Assembly (NCBI GenBank): GCA_040385525.1
Contig: JAZKHE010000005.1
Span: 96,910-160,909, forward strand
Reading direction: 5' to 3'
Source: Bacteroidota bacterium
GTDB taxonomy: Bacteria > Bacteroidota > Bacteroidia > UBA4408
DNA length: 64,000 nt
The notes beneath the pieces were generated by a model. It had not been told where the DNA came from. It did not search any database and saw only the letters and a list, made by a program, of their open reading frames with translations. Below are positions 38,989-49,959 of the stretch, piece by piece; position 1 is the stretch's first letter, and every line of letters starts with the position of its first letter. The position numbers and the translations under genes were made by a program.

Positions 38989-39643
38989 TTATAATTACTA
39001 TTTCTCCTTTTGCTGGATGTGCAGTATAATAAGCTAAAACATCTTTTGCTGTACCTCTTTTATATTCTTCGTGCATTTTAGAAATTTCTCTGCACACAAC
39101 TACATATTTTTCTTCGCCCATAAACTTAATGATTTGTTCTAAACATTTGTTTAAACGATGTGGCGATTCGTATAAAACTACAGTTCGCGTTTCTTCTGCA
39201 ATAATTTTTAAACGAGTTTCTCTGCCTTTTTTTTGAGGCAAAAATCCTTCAAATACAAATTTATCACAAGGTAAACCAGAAGCTACAAGTGCAGGTACAA
39301 AGGCTGTTGGACCTGGTAAACATTCTACTTCAATTCCGTTTTTAACGCATTCTCTTACCAATAAAAATCCTGGATCAGAAATTCCTGGTGTGCCTGCATC
39401 AGAAACCAAAACTACATTTAGTCCTTCTTTAATTTTTTCTGCAATGCTCTCAACTGTTTTGTGTTCGTTGTGCTGATGGTGCGCCCAAATTTTTTTTTCT
39501 ATGCCTAATAAGCGAAACAAATTCCCGGTTGTTCGAGTGTCTTCTGCTAGCACAATATCAGCTTCTTTAAGAATACGCAATGCTCTAAGCGTTATATCTT
39601 CTAAATTGCCTATTGGTGTTGGAACTAATATAAGTTTTGACAT
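38969..39643 (-). CDS. rsmI: 16S rRNA (cytidine1402-2'-O)-methyltransferase
   Basis: 224 aa tetrapyrrole-methylase-fold protein with an RsmI-type N-terminus (LYLVPTPIGNLEDIT). Confidence 0.8.
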   Translation of the reverse strand: MSKLILVPTPIGNLEDITLRALRILKEADIVLAEDTRTTGNLFRLLGIEKKIWAHHQHNEHKTVESIAEKIKEGLNVVLVSDAGTPGISDPGFLLVRECVKNGIEVECLPGPTAFVPALVASGLPCDKFVFEGFLPQKKGRETRLKIIAEETRTVVLYESPHRLNKCLEQIIKFMGEEKYVVVCREISKMHEEYKRGTAKDVLAYYTAHPAKGEIVIIIEGKHE

Positions 39644-39648
39644 GCTTT

Positions 39649-40911
39649 TTAATTTTGAATTGTGTTTGAAAAATCAATTAATAGTTTAAACAAATTATTG
39701 AAATTTTCCAAAGGTAAAGTTTCTCTTACATCATATACATCGTGGTAGTGCATACGTGCGCCGTTTGCATAAATAAAAAACGAAGGCACTCTTTTTTCTG
39801 TAAACCAATAATGGTCGCTATTAGCAGCTTTGCCTCTTTTTTTAACTTCTTTAATGTATTTTTTTTCTGAATTAATTTTTTGAAGCGCTTCAAATTCTTG
39901 TTTGTATTCTGTTGCATTTACAACAGTTACGCCATCATCTCCAGTTCCCATTAAATCTAAATTCACTAAAAATTTTATTTTAGATAAATCGAATAAAGGA
40001 TTTTCTGTGTAGTATTTAGAACCAATTAATCCTGCCTCTTCTCCAGCAAAGGCCATAAAAATGATGGAGTAGTTGGGTTTGTTTTCTGGTTTAGCATAAT
40101 AATTAGCTAAACTTAAAAGCATTGCAGTTCCGCTAGCGTTATCGTTTGCACCTGGGAAAATTGCATTACCCATTTTTCCTAAATGGTCGTAATGGGCAGT
40201 AAAAACAATACAGGTATCTGACTTAGATTTGCCTTTAATTTTTGCAATTACATTTTGTGTTTTGTGTTTTGCAATAAACTGATTTTGTAATTTTATTTTT
40301 ATTTGTTTTGTGTTAGCGGGTAACAGAGAGTCAATTATTTCAAGTAAGGCTACACTTTTTGTTTCAGTTGCAACCGACCATGTTAATTTTTTCTTTGTAA
40401 GAATAATTGCTGCGGGTTTAAACTTTAAACTATTTACTTCTTCTAAAACAGAGTTGAGTTGCTTGGTGTTGCTGGTTGTGATGCAAAGTATTTTGCGGTA
40501 AAAAATACCAGTAAATAAATCTTCAATAAATTTATTAGAAGCAAAAACGCTATCATTTATAAAAATTAATTCACCATCATATTCAAGAGAAGTTGATGAA
40601 GGAGAAAAAATGTAATGTTTTCCTTCAGTTAATGTATCGTTAACTAAAATAACTAAACTTGCATTTGGAAATGTGTTAACAGGAAAAGAAAAGTTTTGAA
40701 AATAACTAAGTTTTACTTTTTTAAGTTTTAAATTTTTGAATTCAGATTTAATGTAATTTGCAGCTTTTTTGTCGCCGTTTTCTACATAACCTCTGCCAGC
40801 CATATATTTGCTTGCAAGTGTATCTACAATTTTTTTTGCATAGCTAACATCTTGTGCATTTATAGTTACACAAAAAAATAAAAATACAATTGTTGATTTT
40901 ATTTTAAGCAT
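39649..40911 (-). CDS. M28 family zinc aminopeptidase
   Basis: 420 aa. Signal peptide, M28 metal ligands (HYDHLG, NDNASG, AGEE, H...). Confidence 0.75.
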   Translation of the reverse strand: MLKIKSTIVFLFFCVTINAQDVSYAKKIVDTLASKYMAGRGYVENGDKKAANYIKSEFKNLKLKKVKLSYFQNFSFPVNTFPNASLVILVNDTLTEGKHYIFSPSSTSLEYDGELIFINDSVFASNKFIEDLFTGIFYRKILCITTSNTKQLNSVLEEVNSLKFKPAAIILTKKKLTWSVATETKSVALLEIIDSLLPANTKQIKIKLQNQFIAKHKTQNVIAKIKGKSKSDTCIVFTAHYDHLGKMGNAIFPGANDNASGTAMLLSLANYYAKPENKPNYSIIFMAFAGEEAGLIGSKYYTENPLFDLSKIKFLVNLDLMGTGDDGVTVVNATEYKQEFEALQKINSEKKYIKEVKKRGKAANSDHYWFTEKRVPSFFIYANGARMHYHDVYDVRETLPLENFNNLFKLLIDFSNTIQN

Positions 40912-41584
40912 TAAATCGTTTGTGTATGTATCGTTTAAGAGTTAAAATGGTTTCATCGTCATTTTTCCATGCATGTTGTTTTGCAATAGTTTCGTAATAG
41001 TAATTTGCATCTTGAAAAGTGTAGAACGAATTTATTTTATCAGTAAAATTTGAAAAATCTAAAGCAACATTTCCAAACAATTGGTTTTGAAACAATAATC
41101 TGTCATTTATCGACATTAGTTTTTTTATGTCAGGTAAATTTGAATTATTTACTACTATTGGGTTAACAGGAGTTTCAATTATCTTTTTTTCTTCAACTAC
41201 TGCAATTGTTTTTTCTTCAATAATAACTGTTTCTAGTTTAGGTGTTTCTGTAATTATTGCGCTAACTTTTTCTTCAACAATAGTTGAAGTAATTGTAGTT
41301 GGGTTTGAGTTGATTGACGGACTAACTTCAAATGCTTTGCTTTTTAATTCTTCTATTTTATTTAATTTATTATTTTCAATATCAATTTTCTCGTTTTTAA
41401 AACTGCCTTCGTTTTCGTTTAAAAATTTAAAAACAGCAATTTTTTCGTGCAGTTTTGATACTTTCGATGAAATAACATCTAATTCAATATTTGGGATTCT
41501 TGCATTGTTTTCAACATCAACAAAATGGTTGTTAATGCTTATTAATAAATCCTCAATCTCTGTAACTAGTTCTTGTTTTTTCAT
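40904..41584 (-). CDS. hypothetical protein
   Basis: 226-aa ORF overlapping the M28 gene start by 8 nt (operon with M28-rsmI-corA). Low-complexity middle region. Confidence 0.4.
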   Translation of the reverse strand: MKKQELVTEIEDLLISINNHFVDVENNARIPNIELDVISSKVSKLHEKIAVFKFLNENEGSFKNEKIDIENNKLNKIEELKSKAFEVSPSINSNPTTITSTIVEEKVSAIITETPKLETVIIEEKTIAVVEEKKIIETPVNPIVVNNSNLPDIKKLMSINDRLLFQNQLFGNVALDFSNFTDKINSFYTFQDANYYYETIAKQHAWKNDDETILTLKRYIHKRFNA

Positions 41585-41741
41585 TTTTACTGTTTTGTTT
41601 AAATTAACTAGAGTTTAATTCAATTGTTAGGTTGAATAAAAGTTTGTAACAATTCGTATTTTAATGGCTTAAATTTAATGCTTTTTAATAGTTTTGTATT
41701 AAAATCGAAATCAAAGTTACCAACAACAAAAATTAACAAAA

Positions 41742-42323
41742 ATGTTTCTCGAGAATACCGTAAATCATAATAAGAAAAGAGGTTGTATTGAAGTTATTTG
41801 CGGCTCAATGTTTTCGGGAAAAACGGAGGAATTAATTCGTAGATTAAAGCGCGCTAAATTTGCCAAGCAAAAAGTAGAGATTTTTAAGCCTGCTATCGAT
41901 ACTCGCTATCATGATGAAGAGGTAGTTTCTCACGATTCAAACTCCATCCATTCAACTCCAGTCCCTTCTTCTTCAAATATTTTATTATTGGCTAATAATG
42001 TTGATGTAGTTGGTATTGATGAGGCTCAGTTTTTTGACGAAGGTATTGTTAGTGTTTGTAATCAGTTAGCAAATTCAGGAATTAGAGTTATTGTTGCTGG
42101 TTTAGATATGGATTATTTAGGAAAACCTTTTGGTCCAATGCCAGCTTTATTAGCGGCCGCAGAATATGTTACAAAAGTGCATGCGGTTTGTGTTAGATGT
42201 GGCAACTTAGCAAATCATTCACACAGAACTACTAGTAACGATTCGCTTGTATTACTTGGTGAAACTGACAGTTACGAGCCATTGTGCAGAGATTGCTTTT
42301 TTGATGCATTAGAAAAAAAATAA
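41742..42323 (+). CDS. tdk: thymidine kinase
   Basis: 193 aa. [15 protein letters not shown]-loop, C-terminal Zn ribbon CxxC...CxxC. Confidence 0.9.
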   Translation: MFLENTVNHNKKRGCIEVICGSMFSGKTEELIRRLKRAKFAKQKVEIFKPAIDTRYHDEEVVSHDSNSIHSTPVPSSSNILLLANNVDVVGIDEAQFFDEGIVSVCNQLANSGIRVIVAGLDMDYLGKPFGPMPALLAAAEYVTKVHAVCVRCGNLANHSHRTTSNDSLVLLGETDSYEPLCRDCFFDALEKK

Positions 42324-42328
42324 TTCCC

Positions 42329-44818
42329 ATGTTGAGCTCAATCTATTCTGTTTCTTCAATTGCAAGTATAATAGATGCTTTTAAATCGCATATAAAAGAA
42401 AGTGAGCAAGCTATTCAGTATTTAATTATTGATAGTAGAAAAGTTAATTTTCCAGATAAATCATTGTTTTTTGCTATTAAAGGCGAAAGAAATAATGGAC
42501 ACGATTACATAAACGATTTGTACCAAAAAGGTGTAAGAAATTTTGTTGTAAGCGAAAAAGAATTAAATCTTACATTATTTCCAGAGGCATCTTTTTTGTT
42601 TGTGGAAAACACATTACAAGCATTGCAAAAATTAGCAGCACATCATCGCAAACAATTTTCTATTCCTGTAATTGGTATAACGGGCAGCAATGGTAAAACG
42701 GTTGTTAAAGAATGGTTGTTTCAGTTACTTCGCGAAGATAAAAACATCGTCCGAAGTCCAAAAAGTTTTAACTCTCAAGTTGGCGTGCCTTTAAGTGTTT
42801 GGGAATTAAAATCTGATAATGATTTAGCCATTTTTGAGGCGGGTATTTCTCGTCCAAATGAAATGCTTGAGCTTGAAAAAATTATACAGCCAACTATTGG
42901 TTTGTTTACAAATATTGGTCAGGCACATGCCGAAAATTTTGACACGCTCATTCAAAAAGTAAACGAAAAATTATTACTTTTTAAAAATGTAGAAACACTT
43001 ATTTATTGCAAAGATTATTTATCGATTTGTGATTCAATAAAACAACAAGACGTTTTTTTAAACAAAAAAATATTTTCTTGGTCAAAGCGTTCAAAAGCCG
43101 ATTTGCAAATTGGTAGAGTAAACAAAGCAGATGGCGCAACCAATATTCAAGGTATTTACAATAATTCATTTATTGATATAACAGTTCCTTTTTCTGACGA
43201 AGCATCTATAGAAAATTGTATACATTGTTGGGCAATTTTATTGTTTTTAGGATATAAAAACGAAGATATTTCTCCTCGCTTTAAATTGCTTACTCCTATT
43301 GCAATGCGTTTAGAATTAAAAGAAGGAATTAATAATTGTTCGGTAATAAACGATTGTTATAATTCTGATTTCGGCTCTTTACAAATTGCCTTAGATTTTT
43401 TAAATCAGCAAAAGCAACATCCCAACAAAACATTAATTTTATCTGATATTTTACAAACTGGTAAATCAGAAGAGGAACTTTATTCAGAAGTTGCTCAATT
43501 GGTTGCTCAGAGTGGCGTTCAAAAAGTAATTGGAATAGGAGAAAGCATTAGCCGACAAAAAAATAAGTTTGCTAAAAACACAGAATTTTATGCCACTACC
43601 GAACAATTTTTAGCCGAAGTAAATACAAGTTTATTTAAAGACGAAACAATTTTAATTAAAGGAGCTCGCTCGTTTGGTTTTGAAAGAATAAGCAAATACA
43701 TTCAGCAAAAAGCACACGAAACTGTTTTAGAAATTAACTTAAATTCTTTAGTAAGTAATTTAAATTATTACCGATCTCTTTTGCAACCAAAAGTAAAAGT
43801 AATGGCAATGGTAAAAGCATTTTCTTACGGCAGCGGAAGTTTTGAAATTGCAAATGTGCTTCAGTTTAATAGAATAGATTATTTGGCTGTTGCTTATGCC
43901 GACGAAGGAGTGGAGTTGCGTATGGCAGGCATTAAAACGCCAATAATGGTTATGAATCCTGAGGAGCAAAGTTACAACTCGATTGTGAAATGGGATTTAG
44001 AACCAGAAATTTACAATTTTAGAATTCTTTCTTTTTTTAGCGACACATTATTAAAAAGCACTGCTAATGCAGGTACTATTAATGTGCATATAAAGCTCGA
44101 TACAGGTATGCATCGTTTGGGTTTTGATGAACATGAGATAAACGAACTTATTGTAAGAATAAAAAACAATAAAAAAATTAAAATCAAATCTGTGTTTAGC
44201 CATTTAGTAGCTAGTGATGAAGCAGAACACAATGATTTTACAAAACAACAAATACAACGCTTTAAGGCTATGAGCGATTTAATATTGTCTCATTTCGATT
44301 ATCCAATTATTCGACACATCTCTAATTCTGGTGGTATTTCTAAGTTTCCAGAAGCTCAGTTTGATATGGTACGACTAGGAATTGGTATGTATGGTGTAGC
44401 AAGTAGAGATTATGAGCAAGTTAATTTACAGAATGTTGCGACATTAAAAACTATTATTTCTCAAATTAAAAATCTTAATAAAGGAGAATCCGTAGGATAT
44501 AGTAGAAGAGGAGTTTTAGCTCGTAACTCACGTATTGCAACAATTCCAATAGGTTATGCTGATGGTTATAATCGTAAATTAGGTAATGGTGTAGGCTTTG
44601 TTATAATTAATGGGAAAAAAGCTGTTACTGTTGGAAGTATCTGTATGGATATGACGATGGTAGATGTTACAGATATTGATTGTAATGAAGGTGATGAAGT
44701 AATGATTTTTGGAGAAGCGCCTACAATAGCAGATATAGCAGTACAAATGGGAACAATTCCTTACGAAGTATTAACAACAATTTCGCGCAGAGTAAAACGC
44801 GTTTATTTTCAAGAATAA
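42329..44818 (+). CDS. bifunctional UDP-MurNAc-tripeptide--D-Ala-D-Ala ligase (MurF) / alanine racemase (Alr)
   Basis: 829 aa. N-terminal Mur ligase (GITGSNGKT). C-terminal PLP alanine racemase (VKAFSYGSG, catalytic Y region). Confidence 0.8.
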   Translation: MLSSIYSVSSIASIIDAFKSHIKESEQAIQYLIIDSRKVNFPDKSLFFAIKGERNNGHDYINDLYQKGVRNFVVSEKELNLTLFPEASFLFVENTLQALQKLAAHHRKQFSIPVIGITGSNGKTVVKEWLFQLLREDKNIVRSPKSFNSQVGVPLSVWELKSDNDLAIFEAGISRPNEMLELEKIIQPTIGLFTNIGQAHAENFDTLIQKVNEKLLLFKNVETLIYCKDYLSICDSIKQQDVFLNKKIFSWSKRSKADLQIGRVNKADGATNIQGIYNNSFIDITVPFSDEASIENCIHCWAILLFLGYKNEDISPRFKLLTPIAMRLELKEGINNCSVINDCYNSDFGSLQIALDFLNQQKQHPNKTLILSDILQTGKSEEELYSEVAQLVAQSGVQKVIGIGESISRQKNKFAKNTEFYATTEQFLAEVNTSLFKDETILIKGARSFGFERISKYIQQKAHETVLEINLNSLVSNLNYYRSLLQPKVKVMAMVKAFSYGSGSFEIANVLQFNRIDYLAVAYADEGVELRMAGIKTPIMVMNPEEQSYNSIVKWDLEPEIYNFRILSFFSDTLLKSTANAGTINVHIKLDTGMHRLGFDEHEINELIVRIKNNKKIKIKSVFSHLVASDEAEHNDFTKQQIQRFKAMSDLILSHFDYPIIRHISNSGGISKFPEAQFDMVRLGIGMYGVASRDYEQVNLQNVATLKTIISQIKNLNKGESVGYSRRGVLARNSRIATIPIGYADGYNRKLGNGVGFVIINGKKAVTVGSICMDMTMVDVTDIDCNEGDEVMIFGEAPTIADIAVQMGTIPYEVLTTISRRVKRVYFQE

Positions 44819-44823
44819 TTTTT

Positions 44824-46065
44824 GTGATTAAAAATTTGTGGAGTAATATTAAATCGATTGGTGTAAATGATAATTTAACGATTGAAAAAAAGCGTCAAGT
44901 TGTTTTAACCAACCAATTTGCTACAGTTAGTGGCTTAGCTTTAATTTCGGGCGGTATAGTAGATTTATTTATTGGAGAGTTATTGTTAGGAATAATTGTT
45001 GCATTATGCGGGCCACTACAATTAATAACTCTTTTATTAAATAAGTTTCAGAAACACAATCTAGCATCATTTGTTTCGATGTTGATGGTAAATTTTGCCA
45101 TATTTTATTTTTCGTCGTACTGCGGATTTGAGGCAGGAGTTTATTTATATTACTTGCCATATATGGTTGGCATTGCTATAATGTTTGAATTAAATAGTAA
45201 TAGATTACAGTTTTTAGTGCATTTTTCTTTAACTATTTTTTTCTTGTTTGTTTTAAATCTCACAAGAGAAGGTTTGTTTTTTAATGCAATGTTATCAGAG
45301 TATTCTTTGCGAATGATGTTCTTTAACAACTCAATTGCAAGCACAATATTAATTGCCTATTTTATTTTTGTTATCAATAAATCTAACCTAGAGTTTAATG
45401 AAAATTTGCAACAAATTTTAGCTCAAAAAAATCAAGCAGAATTTGTTTTAAAAACATCACTTACAGAAAAAGAAACTTTGTTAGCAGAAGTTCATCATCG
45501 AGTAAAAAACAATTTGGCTGTTGTTACAAGTTTATTGAGTTTAAAAATGGATTCGGTTAGCAATCCTTATACAAAACAAGTATTACTTGAGTGCAGAAAT
45601 CGTGTTATGTCTATGTCTTTAATACATGAAAAACTATACAGAACAAAAGATTTTAGTAATCTAAATTTTAGAATGTATGTTGATGAATTAATTGAAGAAA
45701 TAAAAAAATCATATCCGTTAGAAGATAAAAAAATAACAATTAATGTAGTTTCGCAAAATATTTTTTTAGACTTGCCCGCTGCAATTCCTTGTGGTTTGTT
45801 GCTTAACGAGTTGGTTACAAATTCCTACAAGCACGCATTTAAAAATAGCGATAGTGGAGAAATTAATATTTCGGTTACTCAAAAAGATAGTGAAATAGAA
45901 TTAATTGTATCCGACAACGGTATTGGTTTTAATGCTGATGCTGATGATTCACACAGTCTTGGATTAATTTTAGTTGAATCGCTTACAGAACAATTAGATG
46001 GTAAAGGAGCTTTTATATTTAGCGAAGGAACAAAATTTATTCTTACGTTTAATATAAAAGAGTAG
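44824..46065 (+). CDS. membrane sensor histidine kinase (HisKA_2/HWE-type)
   Basis: 413 aa. About 6 N-terminal transmembrane helices, H-box HHRVKNNLAVV, HATPase_c motifs (NELVTNSYKHAF, DNGIGF). Confidence 0.7.
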   Translation: MIKNLWSNIKSIGVNDNLTIEKKRQVVLTNQFATVSGLALISGGIVDLFIGELLLGIIVALCGPLQLITLLLNKFQKHNLASFVSMLMVNFAIFYFSSYCGFEAGVYLYYLPYMVGIAIMFELNSNRLQFLVHFSLTIFFLFVLNLTREGLFFNAMLSEYSLRMMFFNNSIASTILIAYFIFVINKSNLEFNENLQQILAQKNQAEFVLKTSLTEKETLLAEVHHRVKNNLAVVTSLLSLKMDSVSNPYTKQVLLECRNRVMSMSLIHEKLYRTKDFSNLNFRMYVDELIEEIKKSYPLEDKKITINVVSQNIFLDLPAAIPCGLLLNELVTNSYKHAFKNSDSGEINISVTQKDSEIELIVSDNGIGFNADADDSHSLGLILVESLTEQLDGKGAFIFSEGTKFILTFNIKE

Positions 46066-46073
46066 TTAAAAAA

Positions 46074-47846
46074 CTACTCTATTTTTACTCTAATATTTAA
46101 TTCTTTTAATTGCTCATCTGTTATTGGCGAAGGAGAATCAATCATAACATCTCTACCCGAATTATTTTTTGGGAACGCAATAAAATCTCTAATACTTTCT
46201 GCACCACCAAATAAAGAACATAATCTGTCGAAACCAAATGCTAAACCACCATGCGGAGGTGCGCCATATTCAAAAGCACTCATTAAAAAGCCAAATTGTT
46301 TTTGCGCTTCTTCGTCGGTAAAGCCCAATAATTCAAACATTTGAGCCTGTAGCGTTTTGTTGTAAATACGAATACTTCCTCCTCCAACTTCTACACCATT
46401 AATTACCATATCGTAGGCGTTTGCTCTAACGCTTCCTGGATTGGTTTTTAATAATTCAATATCTTCTGGTTTTGGAGAAGTAAACGGATGATGTTTTGCA
46501 TGCCATCTTCCTGCTAACGATGCTAATAAATTTGGATCACCATCGTTCCATTCTAACAAAGGAAAATCAATTACCCATAAACAACTGTAAGTGTTTTTAT
46601 TGCGCAAGCCTAATTTAGTTCCCATTTCTAAACGAAGCTCGCTCATGGCTTTTTGTGTTTTTTCTAAACCACCAGCTAACACTAGCATTAAGTCACCTTT
46701 TTCTGCACCAAAATGTTGCGACCAAATTTTTAATTCGTCTTCGTTATAAAATTTATCTACAGATGATTTTATAGTTCCATCTGCATTGTATCTTGCATAA
46801 ACTAATCCTGTTGCGCCTATTTGCGGACGTTTTACCCATTCTGTTAATTCGTCTAACTGTTTGCGCGTATACTCTGCAGCACCTTTAGCACAAATACCCA
46901 CAACAAATTCTGCATCATCAAAAACTTTAAAACCTTTATTTTTTACAACGTTGTTAAGTTCAACAAATTTCATTTCAAAACGAGTATCAGGCTTATCGTT
47001 ACCATAAAATTTCATAGCATCAGCATAAGTCATACGAGGCATTTTTTCAATATCAACGCCTTTTACTGTTTTAAATAAGTGTTTTACCAATCCCTCAAAC
47101 GTATTTAAAATATCTTCTTGTTCTACAAAACTCATTTCGCAATCTATCTGCGTAAATTCTGGCTGACGATCTGCACGCAAATCTTCATCTCTAAAACATT
47201 TTACAATTTGGTAGTATCTATCAAAACCACCAACCATAAGCAATTGCTTAAAGGTTTGTGGCGATTGCGGTAATGCATAAAATTCACCCGCATTCATTCT
47301 GCTTGGCACAACAAAATCTCGTGCACCTTCTGGAGTCGATTTAATTAAAACAGGCGTTTCTACTTCTAAAAAATTAAGTTTATCTAAATAGTTTCTTGTT
47401 TCAATTGCCATGCGATGGCGCAATTCCATGTTTGCTCTAACATTATTTCTTCTTAAATCTAAATAACGATATTTCATTCTTAAATCGTCGCCTCCATCTG
47501 TATTGTCGTCGATTGTAAATGGTGGTGTTTGCGACACATTTAAAATAGTAAGTTTTTCAACAATAATTTCTATTTCTCCTGTTGCTATTTTTAGGTTTTT
47601 GCTACTTCTTTCAATTACCTTCCCTGTAACTTGTATCACAAATTCTCTTCCTAGTTTTCTTGCGGATTCGCACAATTCAGCATTTGTTTCCATATTAAAA
47701 GCTAATTGAGTTATACCATATCTGTCTCTTAAGTCAATAAAAGTCATTCCGCCCAAATCTCTCGATTTAGCAACCCAACCGCTTAATGTAACTATAGTGT
47801 TTAACTGCGATATATTTAATTCGCCGCAAGTGTGTGTACGCAACAT
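46074..47846 (-). CDS. aspS: aspartate--tRNA ligase
   Basis: Class II aaRS motifs ([25 protein letters not shown]). The ORF extends to 47882 but [10 protein letters not shown] at 47846 matches AspS N-termini. Confidence 0.95.
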   Translation of the reverse strand: MLRTHTCGELNISQLNTIVTLSGWVAKSRDLGGMTFIDLRDRYGITQLAFNMETNAELCESARKLGREFVIQVTGKVIERSSKNLKIATGEIEIIVEKLTILNVSQTPPFTIDDNTDGGDDLRMKYRYLDLRRNNVRANMELRHRMAIETRNYLDKLNFLEVETPVLIKSTPEGARDFVVPSRMNAGEFYALPQSPQTFKQLLMVGGFDRYYQIVKCFRDEDLRADRQPEFTQIDCEMSFVEQEDILNTFEGLVKHLFKTVKGVDIEKMPRMTYADAMKFYGNDKPDTRFEMKFVELNNVVKNKGFKVFDDAEFVVGICAKGAAEYTRKQLDELTEWVKRPQIGATGLVYARYNADGTIKSSVDKFYNEDELKIWSQHFGAEKGDLMLVLAGGLEKTQKAMSELRLEMGTKLGLRNKNTYSCLWVIDFPLLEWNDGDPNLLASLAGRWHAKHHPFTSPKPEDIELLKTNPGSVRANAYDMVINGVEVGGGSIRIYNKTLQAQMFELLGFTDEEAQKQFGFLMSAFEYGAPPHGGLAFGFDRLCSLFGGAESIRDFIAFPKNNSGRDVMIDSPSPITDEQLKELNIRVKIE

Positions 47847-47925
47847 AATTTTAATTTTATAGCACGAAAATACTAAAAACACTTTACTTTTAAGTTTTAA
47901 CTTCGCAATTTATCTTTATTACCAT

Positions 47926-48375
47926 ATGGAACTGAACATTTTTACTGACGAGTATTTTATGCGAGAAGCTTTAAAAGAAGCTAATTTGGCTTTTTCTGAA
48001 GACGAAATACCTGTGGGCGCTGTAATTGTTTGCGACAACAAAATAATTGCTAGGGCACATAACTTAACGCAGCGATTAAATGATGTTACAGCTCATGCCG
48101 AAATGCAAGCTTTTACATCGGCTGCCGAATATTTAGGGGGTAAATATTTGCGAGATTGCACCTTGTATGTTACGTTAGAACCTTGTGTAATGTGTGGTGG
48201 AGCTGCTTATTGGACCCAAATTAGCAAAATAGTATTTGGAGCAACAGACGAAAAAAGAGGAGCTGGATTAATTGAAAAATCTATATTTCATCCTAAAACA
48301 AAAATTGTAGGCGGTGTTTTAAAAGAAGAATGCGGGCAATTAATGACAGATTTTATGCGCTCGAAGCGAAAATAA
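47926..48375 (+). CDS. tadA: tRNA-specific adenosine deaminase
   Basis: 149 aa. HAEMQAF and PCVMCGGA zinc-binding motifs. Confidence 0.85.
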   Translation: MELNIFTDEYFMREALKEANLAFSEDEIPVGAVIVCDNKIIARAHNLTQRLNDVTAHAEMQAFTSAAEYLGGKYLRDCTLYVTLEPCVMCGGAAYWTQISKIVFGATDEKRGAGLIEKSIFHPKTKIVGGVLKEECGQLMTDFMRSKRK

Positions 48376-48378
48376 AAA

Positions 48379-48408
48379 AGCCTTTCAAAATTTTACTTCT
48401 GAAAGGCT
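48379..48408. terminator. hairpin downstream of tadA (possible terminator)
   Basis: AGCCTTTC-...-GAAAGGCT stem. The T-run is on the minus-strand side only, so a terminator role for tadA is uncertain. Confidence 0.3.
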
Positions 48409-48626
48409 AAAAAATCAACATTTACTAACTAAACTTCACTTATGAATTTCAGTACAATTAGTGAACGCAAATGTCTTAATTTTGTTTTGTAATTCGCTCT
48501 TAAAATAAGTTAAAATGTTTTTTTTTAGACACAGTAGCTTTTTTCAAAGATTAATACACTATTATTTATATATTAAGATTTCTAAGCCTATCAATATTTT
48601 ATATATTTGTAATAAATAATTGAATT

Positions 48627-49343
48627 ATGAAAAAAACACTATCACTATTGTTGTTGTTAATTGTTACTGCAACCGCTTATTCTCAATCAAATGTAGTTTG
48701 TCAAGTTATTGACTGGAGTTCTAAAACAGCTAAGTTCGACTCAAGCGAAAAATTAGCTTATGAAACAGAAGAAATAAAAGTAACTTATAATTTTTGGTCA
48801 GATATAAAATTTGTTAGTTTCACAATATATAACAAAACGGATAAGCCTGTTATTATTGACTGGGCAAAATCGCATATAATTTTACAAGATTATTCAAATG
48901 ATTATTTTGGTTCGTCTTCTACTTTTAGCAGAAATTCAAATGGTGTTGGCTCTAGTTTAACGCATCTGCCCCCAAAGAGCTACATAGAAGAAAATTTCAC
49001 AAATAACACAGAGCTATACTTCTCGTGCACAAGTTATTTTAAAAAGATGAAAAAGGGTGATGTAGTAACTAATGATTATAAAGAAGATAACAGTATTTAT
49101 AAAATGAGAAATTACATTACTTATCTTACATCTGACAATAAAGAAAAGGTAGTTGATAACGATTTTTATGTTTCTCAATTACTAAGAATGAGTAAAGAAA
49201 CATTTTTAGGTGTAAAGAATAAAAATGAAATTTGTGATGCTCTTGGTAAAAAGAAGATTACTTATGATTATAGTTATCCTTATTTTAAAATTAACAGAAG
49301 TTATCAATATAAAATACTTCCTAGTTCTGGATGTTGCATGTAG
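48627..49343 (+). CDS. hypothetical secreted protein
   Basis: 238 aa. Signal peptide MKKTLSLLLLLIVTATAYSQ. Confidence 0.4.
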   Translation: MKKTLSLLLLLIVTATAYSQSNVVCQVIDWSSKTAKFDSSEKLAYETEEIKVTYNFWSDIKFVSFTIYNKTDKPVIIDWAKSHIILQDYSNDYFGSSSTFSRNSNGVGSSLTHLPPKSYIEENFTNNTELYFSCTSYFKKMKKGDVVTNDYKEDNSIYKMRNYITYLTSDNKEKVVDNDFYVSQLLRMSKETFLGVKNKNEICDALGKKKITYDYSYPYFKINRSYQYKILPSSGCCM

Positions 49344-49419
49344 TAGTTTAAACCCAAAACAATTACTACCTTTGCACCAACAATTTAATAGTTAGTAATC
49401 TTTTAAATTATTTTAAACT

Positions 49420-49833
49420 ATGTATCCAGAAAATTTAGTATTGCCAATGAAAGCGGAGCTTACCTCTGCTGGTTTTAAAGACTTAACAACACCAGAACAA
49501 GTTGATGCTGCTATTAAAGATAGCAAAGGAACAGTTTTGTGTGTAGTAAATTCGGTTTGCGGTTGTGCTGCGGGAGCGGCTCGTCCGGGTGTAAAATTAG
49601 CTGTTCAGCACAGTAAAAAACCAGATGTAATAACTACGGTTTTTGCAGGTTTTGATGGCGAAGCGGTGGCTCAAGCGCGTAAGCATTTTTTGCCTTACCC
49701 TCCTTCATCACCATGTGTAGCGCTTTTTAAAGACGGTAAATTAGTTCATTTTATTGAGCGTCATCATATTGAAGGCCGTTCAGCTCAAATGATTGCTGAT
49801 AATTTAAAAATGGCATTCGATCAGTTTTGCTAA
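49420..49833 (+). CDS. BrxA/BrxB (YphP/YqiW, DUF1094) family bacilliredoxin-like protein
   Basis: 137 aa. Thioredoxin-like fold with a CGC redox motif (VNSVCGCAAG). Confidence 0.55.
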   Translation: MYPENLVLPMKAELTSAGFKDLTTPEQVDAAIKDSKGTVLCVVNSVCGCAAGAARPGVKLAVQHSKKPDVITTVFAGFDGEAVAQARKHFLPYPPSSPCVALFKDGKLVHFIERHHIEGRSAQMIADNLKMAFDQFC

Positions 49834-49959
49834 TATTAAAAAGCATTTAAAAACTGTTGTTATACAAAACAGCAGTTTTTTTTGTGCTAAAAATTCTAAA
49901 TTAAAATACTAAAACGCTTAAAAAAACGTTTTTGTTAGTTTAGTTGATAAAAGTAGAGG

